Shown: positions 20,163-30,307, counted from the first letter of the stretch. The stretch is DNA of 64,000 nucleotides from Cenarchaeum sp. (GCA_963693095.2 OY843768.1:1824001-1888000); one strand, 5' to 3'. The notes: generated by a model from the sequence alone, not told the origin. A program made the numbers and translations.

Positions 20163-20365
20163 GTCCCAGGCTGCCAGGGGGCTGCTCCTATAATTTTTGT
20201 CCCGCAATCAGGCACTGTCCACGAATGATCCCACGATTCATGCCGGCATCTCTCAAACCGCTCAAGACTGCGCAAAGGCTCTCACCCGAGGACGCTGTGG
20301 GCTGTGGGCCGTGCGCCTGCCCTGCGCAACATCCGGCCACGCTGTGCGCCCCAAGTCTCCCCTGC
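20163..20365. repeat. Conserved intergenic unit of the TPR array; copies at about 21604-21800 and 27642-27840, partial copy at about 18840-18905
   Basis: Shared blocks ctgtccac.aatg.t.....gattcatgc and g.cgctgtgggcc.tgcgc.tg.......caa..tc.ggccacgc..t.cgccc.aa. Confidence 0.85.
20189..20198 (-). promoter_or_regulatory. Archaeal TATA box (AAAAATTATA) copied with each TPR gene; also at 21630-21639, 23076-23085, 26685-26694, 27668-27677, 29119-29128
   Basis: Only AT-rich patch in GC-rich spacers, 25-26 nt before ATG GGC TC in six genes. A related AATTATTATATCAAA precedes the genes starting at 30259 and 31546 with equal spacing. Confidence 0.8.
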
Positions 20366-20397
20366 CAGAACCCCGCCATCCCAAAGCGCCCTCGCGC

Positions 20398-21603
20398 CTA
20401 GTCCTGCTCCTTTTGCGCCTCGGCTGCCCTCTTGAATGCCTCCTTGGCCTCTGCATGGCGACCCAGCACGGCCAGCGTCTCGGCCCTCCCATCGTGGCCG
20501 ATGCCCATATCTGGCTCCAGCTCGACTGCGCGATCAAAGGCGGCCAGGGCCTCCTCGTTGCGTCCAAGCAGGGAGAGGGCCATGCCGTGGCAGATATGCG
20601 CCACAATGTTCCTCGGGTTTATGCGAATCGCCACCTTGGCACTCTTGACTGCCTCGTCGGCCCTGTCCAGCCTGTTTAGAGTCCCCGCGAGATCGCTGTG
20701 CCCCTCATCACGGTTGCCGTCCAGCTCGATTGCGCGTTCTGTTGCCTCGAGCGCCTCGGTGTAGCGCTTTAGGCGAAAGAGGGCGCGCCCGAGATAGAGG
20801 CGCAACTTGTACTCTTTGGGATCAATCTCGATTCCGCGCCTGCATGCCTCGGCTGCCTCCTCGTGCCGACCGCATCCGAACAGCGCACTCCCCATCATCA
20901 AGTAAACCTTCGAGCCTCCCTGACCAAGCTCGATCGCGCGATCAAGGGCGTCGATGGCCTCCTCGGAACGTCCGCTCTCAAAGAGGACAGTGCTCCTGTG
21001 GCAGTGTGACTCGGCGTCGTCTCCGTCTGCTGCGATGAGCGCGTCGAACTCGGCTAGCGCCTCCTCGCTGCGGCCGATCCCGTGCAGCGCATCGGCGCGG
21101 TGCATGTGCGCTGATGCCGAGTCAGGGTTCAGCTTCACCGCCTTGTCTGCTGCGTCCATCGCCTCGTCCATGCGCCCCAAGCCCACCAGGATAACTGACT
21201 TTAACTCGTGTGACCCGCTATCGTCAGGATTGAGCTCGACTGCGAGATTCACCGCCGCCAGCGCCTCCCCGATGCGCCCAAGCGAGCCGAGCGCCAACGA
21301 ACGGAGCATGTGCGCCTTGGACGAATCAGCCCTTGCGCCAATCGCGCGCTCGGCCGCCTCTAGGCCATCATTGTACCGCCCCGCCCTGAGATGTGCAATG
21401 CAGAGGTTGACTAGCGCATCAAAGCCCACGGGATCGAGCTCGACTGCCCTTTGCAAGTACGCCAGCGCCTCCTCACCGCGACCCAGACTGGTCAGCGCGT
21501 CCCCCATGCGCCTCTGCGCGACTGCGTCATCGGGCCTCTCGCGAACCGCCCGCTCGCACTCCTCTAGTGTCATCGGCGTGGCCTCCTCGCTCCCCGAGCC
21601 CAT
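20398..21603 (-). CDS. TPR array protein B
   Basis: Tandem TPRs, collinear paralogue of A; start at MGSGSEEA. Confidence 0.92.
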   Translation of the reverse strand: MGSGSEEATPMTLEECERAVRERPDDAVAQRRMGDALTSLGRGEEALAYLQRAVELDPVGFDALVNLCIAHLRAGRYNDGLEAAERAIGARADSSKAHMLRSLALGSLGRIGEALAAVNLAVELNPDDSGSHELKSVILVGLGRMDEAMDAADKAVKLNPDSASAHMHRADALHGIGRSEEALAEFDALIAADGDDAESHCHRSTVLFESGRSEEAIDALDRAIELGQGGSKVYLMMGSALFGCGRHEEAAEACRRGIEIDPKEYKLRLYLGRALFRLKRYTEALEATERAIELDGNRDEGHSDLAGTLNRLDRADEAVKSAKVAIRINPRNIVAHICHGMALSLLGRNEEALAAFDRAVELEPDMGIGHDGRAETLAVLGRHAEAKEAFKRAAEAQKEQD

Positions 21604-21796
21604 GTCCAGGGCTGCCACGGGGCTGCTCCTATAATTTTTGTCCTGCAATCAGGCCCTGTCCACGAATGGTTCTGCGATTCATGCCGACATTTCTCAAACC
21701 GCAAGACTGCGCAGGACCCTCACCCGAGGACGCTGTGGGCCGTGCGCCTGCCCTGCGCAACATCTAGGCCACGCTGTGCGCCCAAAGTCTCTGACG

Positions 21797-23050
21797 CTAG
21801 ATCCCCGATATCCCGATGTTCTTTGCCTTTTCGTCCTGCTTCCTTTGCGCCCCAGGCACCCTCTTGAGGGCCTTCTTTGCCTCCGCATGGCGGCCCAGCA
21901 CGCCTAGCACCTCGGCCATGCCCTCATGGACCATGGCCATGTCTGGCCTCAGCTCTAGTGCGCGCTCATAGGCGGCCAAGGCCTCCTCGTTGCGCCCAAG
22001 CAGGGAGAGGGCCTTGCCGTGGCCGACATAGGCCGTGCATCTCAGCGGGTTTATGCGCATCGCCGCCTTTGCGCTCTCGGCGGCCTCGGCAGCCCTGTCC
22101 ATATTGTTTAGAAGTGCCGCGCGATCACTGTGACCCTCGTCATGGTTGTATTCCAGCTCGATTGCGCGCTCTGTAACCTCGAGCGCCTCGGCGTGGCGAT
22201 TTAGGGCAGTGAGGGCGCGCTCGAGATAGATGTGCAGGTCGTAATCCTTGGGATACAGCTCGATTCCGCGCCTGCATGCCTCGGCTGCCTCCTCGTGCCG
22301 ACCGAGCACGAACAGCATGGCCCCCTTGCTCAGGTGAACCCTCGAACCGCCCATCCCCAGCTCGATCGCGCGATCAAAGGCCTCGAGGGCATCCTCGCCA
22401 CGTCCGCACTCTGAGAGGATCTCGCCCCTGCAGTGGTGCGCCTCGGCATCCTCTCGGCCCGTGGCGATGAGCGCGTCGATCTCTGCTAGCGCCTCCTCTT
22501 CGCGGCCGAGCTCGACTAGCGCCTCGGCGCGCAGCCTGTGCGCTTTGGCCGAGCCGGGGTCCGGCGCCTCGGCCTCGCCTCCTGCGGCCCTTGCCTCGTC
22601 ATGGCGTCCCATGGCAGTCAGGATCCTTGCCTGCATCTCGCGCGTTACGGGCTCATCAGGATCAAGCTCGACTGCGCGACTCACCGCCACGCGCGCCTCC
22701 TCGAGGCGTCCATTCGCGGCGAGCGCCGTCGCGTGGGCCATGTGCGTCCTGGACAGATCGCCCCTTGTCTCCACCGCACGCTCGGCCATCTCGAGGCCCT
22801 CCTTGCGCCGCCTCATCTTGAGATAGACAAGGCTAATGCAGAACATCGTCCTGACGTCACTCGAATCGAGCTCGACGGCCCTCTTCCAGTATACCATGGC
22901 ATCCTCGTCACGGCTCAGCGCGCTTAGGGCGTAGCCCATGGCCCTTTGCGCGTCCACGTCATCAGGCCTGCCGCGCACCCGCCGCTCGCACTCCTCAAGC
23001 GATATCGAGCCGTCGTCCCTGCCTGCCGCGCCCCCGCCTCTTGAGCCCAT
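21797..23050 (-). CDS. TPR array protein C (417 aa)
   Basis: Tandem TPRs; closest paralogue is F (27839-29092). Confidence 0.92.
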   Translation of the reverse strand: MGSRGGGAAGRDDGSISLEECERRVRGRPDDVDAQRAMGYALSALSRDEDAMVYWKRAVELDSSDVRTMFCISLVYLKMRRRKEGLEMAERAVETRGDLSRTHMAHATALAANGRLEEARVAVSRAVELDPDEPVTREMQARILTAMGRHDEARAAGGEAEAPDPGSAKAHRLRAEALVELGREEEALAEIDALIATGREDAEAHHCRGEILSECGRGEDALEAFDRAIELGMGGSRVHLSKGAMLFVLGRHEEAAEACRRGIELYPKDYDLHIYLERALTALNRHAEALEVTERAIELEYNHDEGHSDRAALLNNMDRAAEAAESAKAAMRINPLRCTAYVGHGKALSLLGRNEEALAAYERALELRPDMAMVHEGMAEVLGVLGRHAEAKKALKRVPGAQRKQDEKAKNIGISGI

Positions 23051-23129
23051 GTCTCAGGCTGCCAGGGGCTGCTCCTATAATTTTTGCCCTGCAGTCGGGC
23101 ACGGTTGCCCTATACGGAGAGCAGGGGCG

Positions 23130-23876
23130 TTACCCGTTCCTGTCCTCCTCCATCCACCCCGGGTTCTCGGCCCTGACCCGCTCATCGGCCCTCCGCCTCC
23201 TAAAGGCCAGCAGGGGCGTCTCGCCGGTCTTCATGTCGAGGGCAAAGTGGAGCCTCTCCTCGTTATAGTAGCCGATAAAGTCGCCGATCCTGGCAAAGTT
23301 GTCGACCTCGTCCTCGAAAGTCTGAAAGAACCTTCCGGCCTTGCCGCTGGTCCGGGAGTGGCCGGCGCGCGACAGGACGTGCGATATTCCGGCATTGCGC
23401 AGCTCCTGCTCAAAGATCGTCGGCGTCTGGCCGCTGCGCGGGGCGCCGCGCCGGCTCGCCGTGAACTGCGTCCCGTGGTCCGAGAGCACCTGCGCCGGCG
23501 CGCCAAACCTCCCGATCGCGTGGTGCAGCACGAGCGCCGTGTTGCCTGACGTGGCCTCAGAAAAGACGCCATACCCCGTCACGCACCTCGACGCGTCATC
23601 AAGGTACGCGACGAGGTGCGAGCCCGGAAGCGGCCCGTATTTCATCACGTGCCAGTCCACGTGCCACATCGCGTTGGAGTACTTTCGCTCAAAGCGAACC
23701 CACTTGCGCTTTTGCGGCCTTGCCCCCGAGCCCTTGACTGCGCCCCCCGCTGCCAATGTGCGGCACGCCGCGCCGTGCGCTATTTTTAAGTTGTTGAGCC
23801 GAATGCGCATGACTGGGAGAACCACGCCGACGGGGTTGCGCGAGTACCCGCCGAGAGCCTCGTCGAGCTGCGTCAT
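23130..23876 (-). pseudogene. Degenerate IS481-family (rve/integrase core) transposase
   Basis: RFERKYSNAMWHVDWH, YLDDASR, SDHGTQF, YYNEERLH. The third catalytic Glu is absent (GKAGRFF where GKxERF is expected); no terminal repeats recognised. Confidence 0.8.
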
Positions 23877-24196
23877 GCGGGGCCAGACCCTGGCGATCGC
23901 GCACTGCGCCTCTTGCGCTTGCCCTGACGCTTGCCCTTTAGCGCGTTAACGCCGCGCTCCTCCCACAGATCGACCCATTCTTCGACCTGCCCTGCCTTTA
24001 GCTCCACGTTCAGCTCCCGCCCTAGCTCCCTGGCCACCTTCTTGCACGACATGTTGATGTCCACGACCATGTGCACGGCCAGCATCCTCATCCACGCCTC
24101 CTCGTCACGCTCAGCACGCATCGTCCACTTTAGCAATGCCAGCTCGTCATCGTCCGCGTCCCGGCACAAGCCCCACACACCCCCTGCTACCGCCAC
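23873..24196 (-). CDS. HTH protein resembling the N-terminus of the IS630 transposase (possible remnant)
   Basis: RMLAVHMVV...W...W.E.G..AL aligns with RMLAVHCVV...W...Y.EGG..AL of the transposase at 11590-12666. Confidence 0.6.
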   Translation of the reverse strand: MAVAGGVWGLCRDADDDELALLKWTMRAERDEEAWMRMLAVHMVVDINMSCKKVARELGRELNVELKAGQVEEWVDLWEERGVNALKGKRQGKRKRRSARSPGSGPA

Positions 24197-24243
24197 CTCG
24201 CGCAGTCCTGCTCAGCACTGCCCGCACCACAAACCCCCCAAGG

Positions 24244-26658
24244 CTATCTCCGCGCCATCCCAAGGCGCCTTTTAATCTCGTCCTGCGCCTCTTGTGGCCC
24301 AGGCACCCCCTTGAGGGCCTCCTCGGCCTCGGCGGAACGGCCCAGATCGATTAGCGTACCGATCATGCCCGCGTGGCCGGCGACGAGCCCGGGGTCCAGC
24401 TCGACTGCAAGCTCGTATGCGCCCAGGGCCTCCTCGATGCGGCCAAGCAAGGTGAGGGACATGCCATGGCTGAGGTGCGCCATGGAGTTCTTGGGGTTTA
24501 TGCGAATCGCCACACTCGCGCTCTTGACGGCCTCCTCGGCCCTTTCCATCGCGTTGAGGATCATCGCGCGATCAGAGTGCCCGTCACTGTCGTCGCCGTT
24601 CAGCTCGATTGCGCGCTCCGTGGCCTCGAGTGCCTCCTCGTTGCGCCCAAGTTCATAGAGGGCACGCCCGAGATGGAGGTGCAAATAGTGCTCTTCGGGC
24701 TCCATCTCGATCCCACGCCTGTACTCCTCGACTGCCTCCTCGTGCCGGGCGCACATTGCCAGCGCTGCCCCCCTCTTTGAGTGGATCCTCGAGCCCCCCT
24801 GACCAAGCTCGATCGCGCGATCAATGGCGCCGATGGCCTCCTCGGCATGGCCGCCCTCGAGGAGGACAGTGCCCCTGCAGTGGTGCGCATCAGCGTCGCC
24901 CTCACCGTCTGCGATGAGCGCGTCAAGCTCGGCTAGCGCCTCCTCGCTGCGGCCAAGCCCGTGCTTGGCCATTGCGCGATGCGTGCGCGCCCATGGCGTT
25001 CCGGGATCCCGCGCAAGCGCGTCTTCGGCAGCATCTAGCGCATCTTTATGGCGGTCAAGGTTCAGCAGGCACTCTATCTGCCACGCGTGCGCTATGGTGA
25101 GCCCTGGATGTGCCCTGACCTCCTTCTCGGCGGCCTTGAGGGACTCCTCGAGGCGCCCAAGCCCGTTTAGCGCCACGGATCGGAACATGTGCACACCTTC
25201 CATGTTATGGCCAGCTCCGATCACGCGCTCGGCGGCATAAAGAAGGTCATCATCAGACCCATTGTTGGCAATGCACTGCATGGCCTCAAGAGCCGTCGCC
25301 TCGCTGGCCGGATCGAGCTCGACGGCCTTTCTCCAGTGCGACACGGCCTCCTCGTTACGCCCGAGCCCCTGGAATGCATAGCCCAGGTCGACTCGCGCCC
25401 AGGCGTCATCGGGTCTCTTGCGAACAGCCTGTTCGCACTCCTTGAGCGTCATCGGCATGTCGCCCTTGCTCTCCGGGCCTGCCGTGCCGCCCTCACCGCG
25501 TCTCCATGATGCGACAATTTCCTGTTCGAGCAGTCCGGCTCCCGCATCCGGGCGACTGCTCATATCACTGACAAGCTCGCACAGTTCGTCATTGTGGGGC
25601 TCTATGGCCATTGCCGTCTCAAAGGCGGCCATTGCATCAGAGTGACGGCCAAGTCCCATCAGCGCATTTCCCCTGCCGACGTGTGCGGCCCAGTTCTTTG
25701 GCATGAGCTCGATGGCCCTGTCAAACTCCTTTAGGGCCTCCTCGCTGCGCCCGAGCATTACGAGCGCGTTGCCGTGGTTGATGCGCACCAGGGCATTTTG
25801 CGGATCGATGCGAATCGACTTCTCGATGGCCTTGAGCGCATCGTGCGGCCTGCCCATGTTGCCCAGTGCAGCCCCGTGATTGCTGAGCACCTCGGCCTCG
25901 TTGGCTGCGCGATCGGCCACGTCGTCACCACTGGGCACTGCGTCTTCAATCACGGTATCGGCCTTCAGTATCGCCACACGCCCAGAGACGTCGGCGGCCT
26001 CATCGCTCCTGCCCGCCCTAGTCAGCGCGGTGATCAGGCACTTGTGGCAATAGACACTGTTGGGCTCCAGCTCTACTGCGCGCCTAAACTCGCCCGCAGC
26101 CTCCTCGTGGCGCCCCAGATGCCCTAGCGCGTTGCCGAGATTCAGGTGGACATCACAGGAATCAGGCGCCAGCTCTGCTGCGCGCGCAAAGCACTCGGCG
26201 GCCTCCTCAAAGTTGTCCTTATTTTCCAGCGCACACCCCAGCTTTATGTGGGCCATGGCCCTTCCGGGATTTCGCCTCACTGCGCGCCTCAGCGCCGACA
26301 TGCCCTCCATGCGGTACCCAAGATTCTCTCGCGCCACGAGCCTGCCAATGTTTGCGACTATGCTGTCCGGCTCGATCTTTACTGCGCGCTCAAAGCACTC
26401 AAGGGCCGCCTCGTTATCCCCGTGGAGGCCGTGGATCGAGGCTATGCGCGCCAGTGTGCGCACATTGGCCGGATCCAGCTCCATTGCGCGCTCAAGGTGC
26501 GGCAGGGCCCTCCGTGCGTGGCCAATCCTAAACAGCGTGTTCCCCATGTCCCTGTGCGCACGCGCATCATTGGGCCTCTGGCGAAGCGCCTCCTTGCACT
26601 CCTCAAGCGACATCGGCGCATCGTACTTGCCTGCCGCGCCCTCGTTCCCCGAGCCCAT
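24244..26658 (-). CDS. TPR array protein D, double-length fusion of two array units
   Basis: Two copies of the N-terminal PM(S/T)L.EC..A.R.RP.DA motif (at the start and at about 25450); N-half resembles H, C-half resembles A. Confidence 0.92.
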   Translation of the reverse strand: MGSGNEGAAGKYDAPMSLEECKEALRQRPNDARAHRDMGNTLFRIGHARRALPHLERAMELDPANVRTLARIASIHGLHGDNEAALECFERAVKIEPDSIVANIGRLVARENLGYRMEGMSALRRAVRRNPGRAMAHIKLGCALENKDNFEEAAECFARAAELAPDSCDVHLNLGNALGHLGRHEEAAGEFRRAVELEPNSVYCHKCLITALTRAGRSDEAADVSGRVAILKADTVIEDAVPSGDDVADRAANEAEVLSNHGAALGNMGRPHDALKAIEKSIRIDPQNALVRINHGNALVMLGRSEEALKEFDRAIELMPKNWAAHVGRGNALMGLGRHSDAMAAFETAMAIEPHNDELCELVSDMSSRPDAGAGLLEQEIVASWRRGEGGTAGPESKGDMPMTLKECEQAVRKRPDDAWARVDLGYAFQGLGRNEEAVSHWRKAVELDPASEATALEAMQCIANNGSDDDLLYAAERVIGAGHNMEGVHMFRSVALNGLGRLEESLKAAEKEVRAHPGLTIAHAWQIECLLNLDRHKDALDAAEDALARDPGTPWARTHRAMAKHGLGRSEEALAELDALIADGEGDADAHHCRGTVLLEGGHAEEAIGAIDRAIELGQGGSRIHSKRGAALAMCARHEEAVEEYRRGIEMEPEEHYLHLHLGRALYELGRNEEALEATERAIELNGDDSDGHSDRAMILNAMERAEEAVKSASVAIRINPKNSMAHLSHGMSLTLLGRIEEALGAYELAVELDPGLVAGHAGMIGTLIDLGRSAEAEEALKGVPGPQEAQDEIKRRLGMARR

Positions 26659-26879
26659 ATCCGCAACGGCCACGGGATCGCTCCTATAATTATTGCCCGG
26701 CAACGGGGCTCTTCACGAACGCGCACGAGCCGATGTCAGGGGGGTTCTTGCGCGACACGAAAATTCCCGTCTCTGGCACCACGCTGCGCGTACCGTCGAT
26801 CCTGACCCCTGCCAGCTCGCCCCTGCCAGCGCACCCATTCAGGCCCCGCGTCTCCCAATGGCGCCTCACGCAGGCCTAG

Positions 26880-27641
26880 TTATCGCACACGCCGTGTGTC
26901 GATGAACATTATTCCTTTCATTGCAGCCGCGCCGACACCGTGCAACAGCGACTCTTCTGTCCACCTCCTCACCCACTCGTTAGCCTCCCTGGCCTCGACG
27001 TGGCGACCCATGTCCTTTAGCACGGTGCCTATGCACGCGTGAGCGACAGGGAGTTCTGGATCTAGCTCGAGGGCTTGCTCTTGCTCGTCCAGGGCCTCCT
27101 CGATGCGCCCGAGCTCGTACAGCGCACTGCCGCGGTGCGAGTGCGCCATGGCGTTCTCGGGATTGATGCGAATGGCAATCTCGGCGCTCTTGAGCGCCTC
27201 CTCGGGCTTTTCTAGATTGAGAAGTATCACCGCGCGCTCCGTGTACGGCTCATCACAGTCATGGCAGATCTCGATCGCGCGATTCATGCACTCAAGCCCA
27301 TACTCAAGGCGCGCTGCCCCTATCAAGAGGCCTCCGAGATCCATGTGCGCCTCATAGTCGTTAGGCGACATCTCTATGGCGCGGCCGTATGCCTTGAGTG
27401 CCTCCTTGGCGCGCCCTGCGCCCTGCAGCGCATTGCCCCTCCTGCGGTGAGTCAGCGAGCCGCTGCTGTCATCAAGCGATATGGCTAGTTTATACGCCTC
27501 GCCTGCCTCCTCGTATCGACCACACTCCTGCAGCGCATCACCCATGCACTTTTGCGCGACTGCGTCATCAGGCCTATCGCGCACCGCCAGCTCACACTCT
27601 TCGAGTGTCATCGGCATGGCCTCCTCGCTCCCCGAGCCCAT
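26880..27641 (-). CDS. TPR array protein E (short member)
   Basis: Tandem TPRs; N-terminus nearly identical to B (MGSGSEEA.PMTLEECE.AVR.RPDDAVAQ). Confidence 0.9.
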   Translation of the reverse strand: MGSGSEEAMPMTLEECELAVRDRPDDAVAQKCMGDALQECGRYEEAGEAYKLAISLDDSSGSLTHRRRGNALQGAGRAKEALKAYGRAIEMSPNDYEAHMDLGGLLIGAARLEYGLECMNRAIEICHDCDEPYTERAVILLNLEKPEEALKSAEIAIRINPENAMAHSHRGSALYELGRIEEALDEQEQALELDPELPVAHACIGTVLKDMGRHVEAREANEWVRRWTEESLLHGVGAAAMKGIMFIDTRRVR

Positions 27642-27838
27642 ATCCGCAACGGCCACGGGATCGCTCCTATAATTTTTGTCCCGCAATCGGGCACTGTCCA
27701 CAAATGATCCCGCGATTCATGCTGACAGGGATCTCCTCGAACCGTCAAAGACTGCGCAGGGCTCTGCCGGAGACGCTGTGGGCCGTGCGCATGTCAGGCG
27801 CAACATCTGGCCACGCCATGCGCCCCAAATCCCTGCCG

Positions 27839-29092
27839 CTAGATCCCCACTGCCCCGGCGCGCCTTCCCATCTCGCCCTGCCTTCTTTTCGCCTCGGGCA
27901 CCCTCTTGAGGACCTCCTTGGCCTCTGCATGCCGGCCCAGCACGCTTAGCGCCTCGGCCCTGCCCGTGTGGCCCATGACGATATCTGGCCTCAGCTCGAC
28001 TGCGCGCTCATAGGCGGCCAGGGCCTCCTCGTTGCGCCCAAGCAGTGAGAGGGCCATGCCGTAGCTGATATGGGCCATGCAGCCCAGCGGGTTTATGCGA
28101 ACCGCCTCCTTTGCGCTCTTGACGGCCTCGCCGGCCCTGTCCATCTTGTTTAGAAGCATCGCGAGATCACTGTGCCCATCGTCACGGCTGGCGTCAAGCT
28201 CGATTGCGCGCTCTGTGAACTCGATCGCCTCGGCCCAGCGATTTAGGCTAGCGAGGGCGCGCCCGAGATAGAGGTGCAGGCCGTAATCTTTGGGATACAC
28301 CTCGATTCCGCGCCTGCACGCCTCGATTGCCTCCTTGTGCCGACCGCGCAAGAGCAGCATGGTTCCCTTTCTCAAGTGAACCTCCGGACCGCCCATCCCC
28401 AGCTCGATCGCGCGATCAAAGGCGTCGATGGCATCATCGCCACGTCCGCTCTCCGAGAGGATCACGCCCCTGCAGTGGTGTGTCTCGGCATCGTCTCCGC
28501 CTGCTGCGATGAGCGCGTCGAGCACTGCTAGCGCCTCCTCGCCGCCGCCGAGCTCGGCTAGCGTCTCGGCGCGCCGCGTGTGCGCTGCAGCCGAGCCAGG
28601 ATTTGGCGTCTCGGCCCCGCCTCCTGCGGCCCCCGCCTCGTCATGGAGCCCCATGGCCGTCAGGATCCTTGCCCGCATGTCGCGCGCCATGTCATCATCA
28701 TGATCAAGCTCGACTGCGCGATTCACCGACACCAGCGCCTCCTCGAGGCGTCCAAGCCCGGCGAGCGCCGCCGCACGGATCGTGTGCGCCCTGCCCAGAT
28801 CGCCGTTTGCCTCCACCGCACGCTCGGCCATCTCGAGGCCCTCCTCGCGCCGCCTCATCTTGAGGTGGGCCAGGCTCATGCTGAGCATCGACTCGAAGTC
28901 TCCGGGATCTAGCTCAACTGCCCTCTTCCAGTACACCAGGGCATCCTCGTCACGGTCCAGCGCGCCTAGGGCGTTGCCCATGTACCTTTGCGCAAATACG
29001 TCATCAGGCATCTCGCGTACCCGCCGCTCGCACTCCTCGAGTGACATCGACTCGTCGTCCTTGCCTGCCGAGCCCCCGCCTCTTGAGCCCAT
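27839..29092 (-). CDS. TPR array protein F (417 aa)
   Basis: Tandem TPRs, paralogue of C. Confidence 0.92.
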   Translation of the reverse strand: MGSRGGGSAGKDDESMSLEECERRVREMPDDVFAQRYMGNALGALDRDEDALVYWKRAVELDPGDFESMLSMSLAHLKMRRREEGLEMAERAVEANGDLGRAHTIRAAALAGLGRLEEALVSVNRAVELDHDDDMARDMRARILTAMGLHDEAGAAGGGAETPNPGSAAAHTRRAETLAELGGGEEALAVLDALIAAGGDDAETHHCRGVILSESGRGDDAIDAFDRAIELGMGGPEVHLRKGTMLLLRGRHKEAIEACRRGIEVYPKDYGLHLYLGRALASLNRWAEAIEFTERAIELDASRDDGHSDLAMLLNKMDRAGEAVKSAKEAVRINPLGCMAHISYGMALSLLGRNEEALAAYERAVELRPDIVMGHTGRAEALSVLGRHAEAKEVLKRVPEAKRRQGEMGRRAGAVGI

Positions 29093-29164
29093 GTCTCAGG
29101 CTGCCACGGGTCTGCTCCTATAATTTTTGCCCTGCAGTCAGGCAGGCGCGTGCCTAGCGCGCGC

Positions 29165-30259
29165 CTAGTCGATGGCCTCGGCCCTCGCATCGGCCTCGTC
29201 TGCCTCAACTGGCCGGTCGAGCGCGCGCAGGGCAGCGGCCATCCCCGTGTGGGCGATGATGAGGTTGGGGGCAAGCTCGGCGGCGAGCTCGTATGCGCCA
29301 AGGGCCTCCTCGGCGCGCCCGAGGGCCATGAGCGCATCGCCGTGGTACACGTGGACCGGAGGATCGTCCGGACTAGCGCGAATCGCCACCTCGAGGCACT
29401 CGACGGCCTCCTGTGCCCTGCCCAATGCGGTCAGCGCACGCCCGCGCTCGGTGTACGAGCCGGCGTGGTCTGGGCGCAGCGCGATCGCGCGGTCGATATA
29501 CAAGATCGCCTTGTCCGGGCTCCCGAGGTCAGTCAGGACGCTGCCGAGGTAGAGGAGCGCAACGTGGTCGCCGGGCGCCATCCTCAGCGATCGCTCCTGC
29601 GCCTTGACGGACTCGGCGAGCCGACCGAGCCTGTGGAGCGCAATGCCCCTCCTAAAGTGGGCCATCGAGTTCTCATAGCCCGCGGCGATCGCGACATCAA
29701 ATGACTCGAGGGCCTCCCCGTCGCGGTGCATGTCGAGGAGAATCAGGCCGATCTCATATTGGGACATTGCCCAGTCCCTGTCAGTGCGCGTGATCTTGGA
29801 GAGCTCCTCGAGGGCCTCCTCGTCGCGGCCCAGGCCGCGCAGTGCGCGCGAGCGGCACGTGTGCACGCCCACCAGGCTCGCGTCCAGGGCAACGGCCGAG
29901 TCTGCGGACTCGAGTGACTCGGCGGCGCGCCCGAGCGTAAACATGACCATGGCCCGCAGCATGTGCGCGCCGGCCGAGCGCGGATCGGCAGCTATTGCGC
30001 GGTCTGCGGTCTCGATGGCCTCGGCGTTCCTGTCAAGGTGCGCCAGGGTCAGGCCTGCGCTAGTCAGCGGGTTCACGTCTGTGGGATCGAGCTCAAAGGC
30101 ACGCCTCCAGTGCTCTATGGCCTCCTCGTTGCGCTTTAGGTCATAGAGCACACTCGCAATGTCCTTGTGCGCATTGGCATCATCAGGCCTCTGGCGGACC
30201 GCCTCCTCGCAGCCCTCGAGTGTCATCGGCGCGTCATCGCCGCCCTTTGCGTCTGCCAT
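29165..30259 (-). CDS. TPR array protein G
   Basis: Tandem TPRs with PMTLEGCEEAVRQRPDD N-terminal motif. Confidence 0.92.
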   Translation of the reverse strand: MADAKGGDDAPMTLEGCEEAVRQRPDDANAHKDIASVLYDLKRNEEAIEHWRRAFELDPTDVNPLTSAGLTLAHLDRNAEAIETADRAIAADPRSAGAHMLRAMVMFTLGRAAESLESADSAVALDASLVGVHTCRSRALRGLGRDEEALEELSKITRTDRDWAMSQYEIGLILLDMHRDGEALESFDVAIAAGYENSMAHFRRGIALHRLGRLAESVKAQERSLRMAPGDHVALLYLGSVLTDLGSPDKAILYIDRAIALRPDHAGSYTERGRALTALGRAQEAVECLEVAIRASPDDPPVHVYHGDALMALGRAEEALGAYELAAELAPNLIIAHTGMAAALRALDRPVEADEADARAEAID

Positions 30260-30307
30260 GCGCCGGCCGCGGCGCCGCTTTGATATAATAATTGCCCATG
30301 ATCGCGA

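Noticed and set aside
20163-20207. Apparent conserved leader peptide M(R/Q)DKNYRSSP.AA.D on several TPR ORFs
   Set aside because: It is the translation of the copied TATA promoter (aaaaattatagg); the frame is broken by a 1-nt deletion before gene C, so the true start is the downstream MGS.
24165-24245. C-rich strand-biased tract (possible G-quadruplex on the minus strand)
   Set aside because: G-runs are irregular and unremarkable in this GC-rich context; no supporting evidence.
18840-29150. TPR spacers as CRISPR repeats or integron attC sites
   Set aside because: Repeats are long, degenerate and separated by paralogous genes; no cas genes, no integron-integrase features and no attC-like R/L boxes seen.
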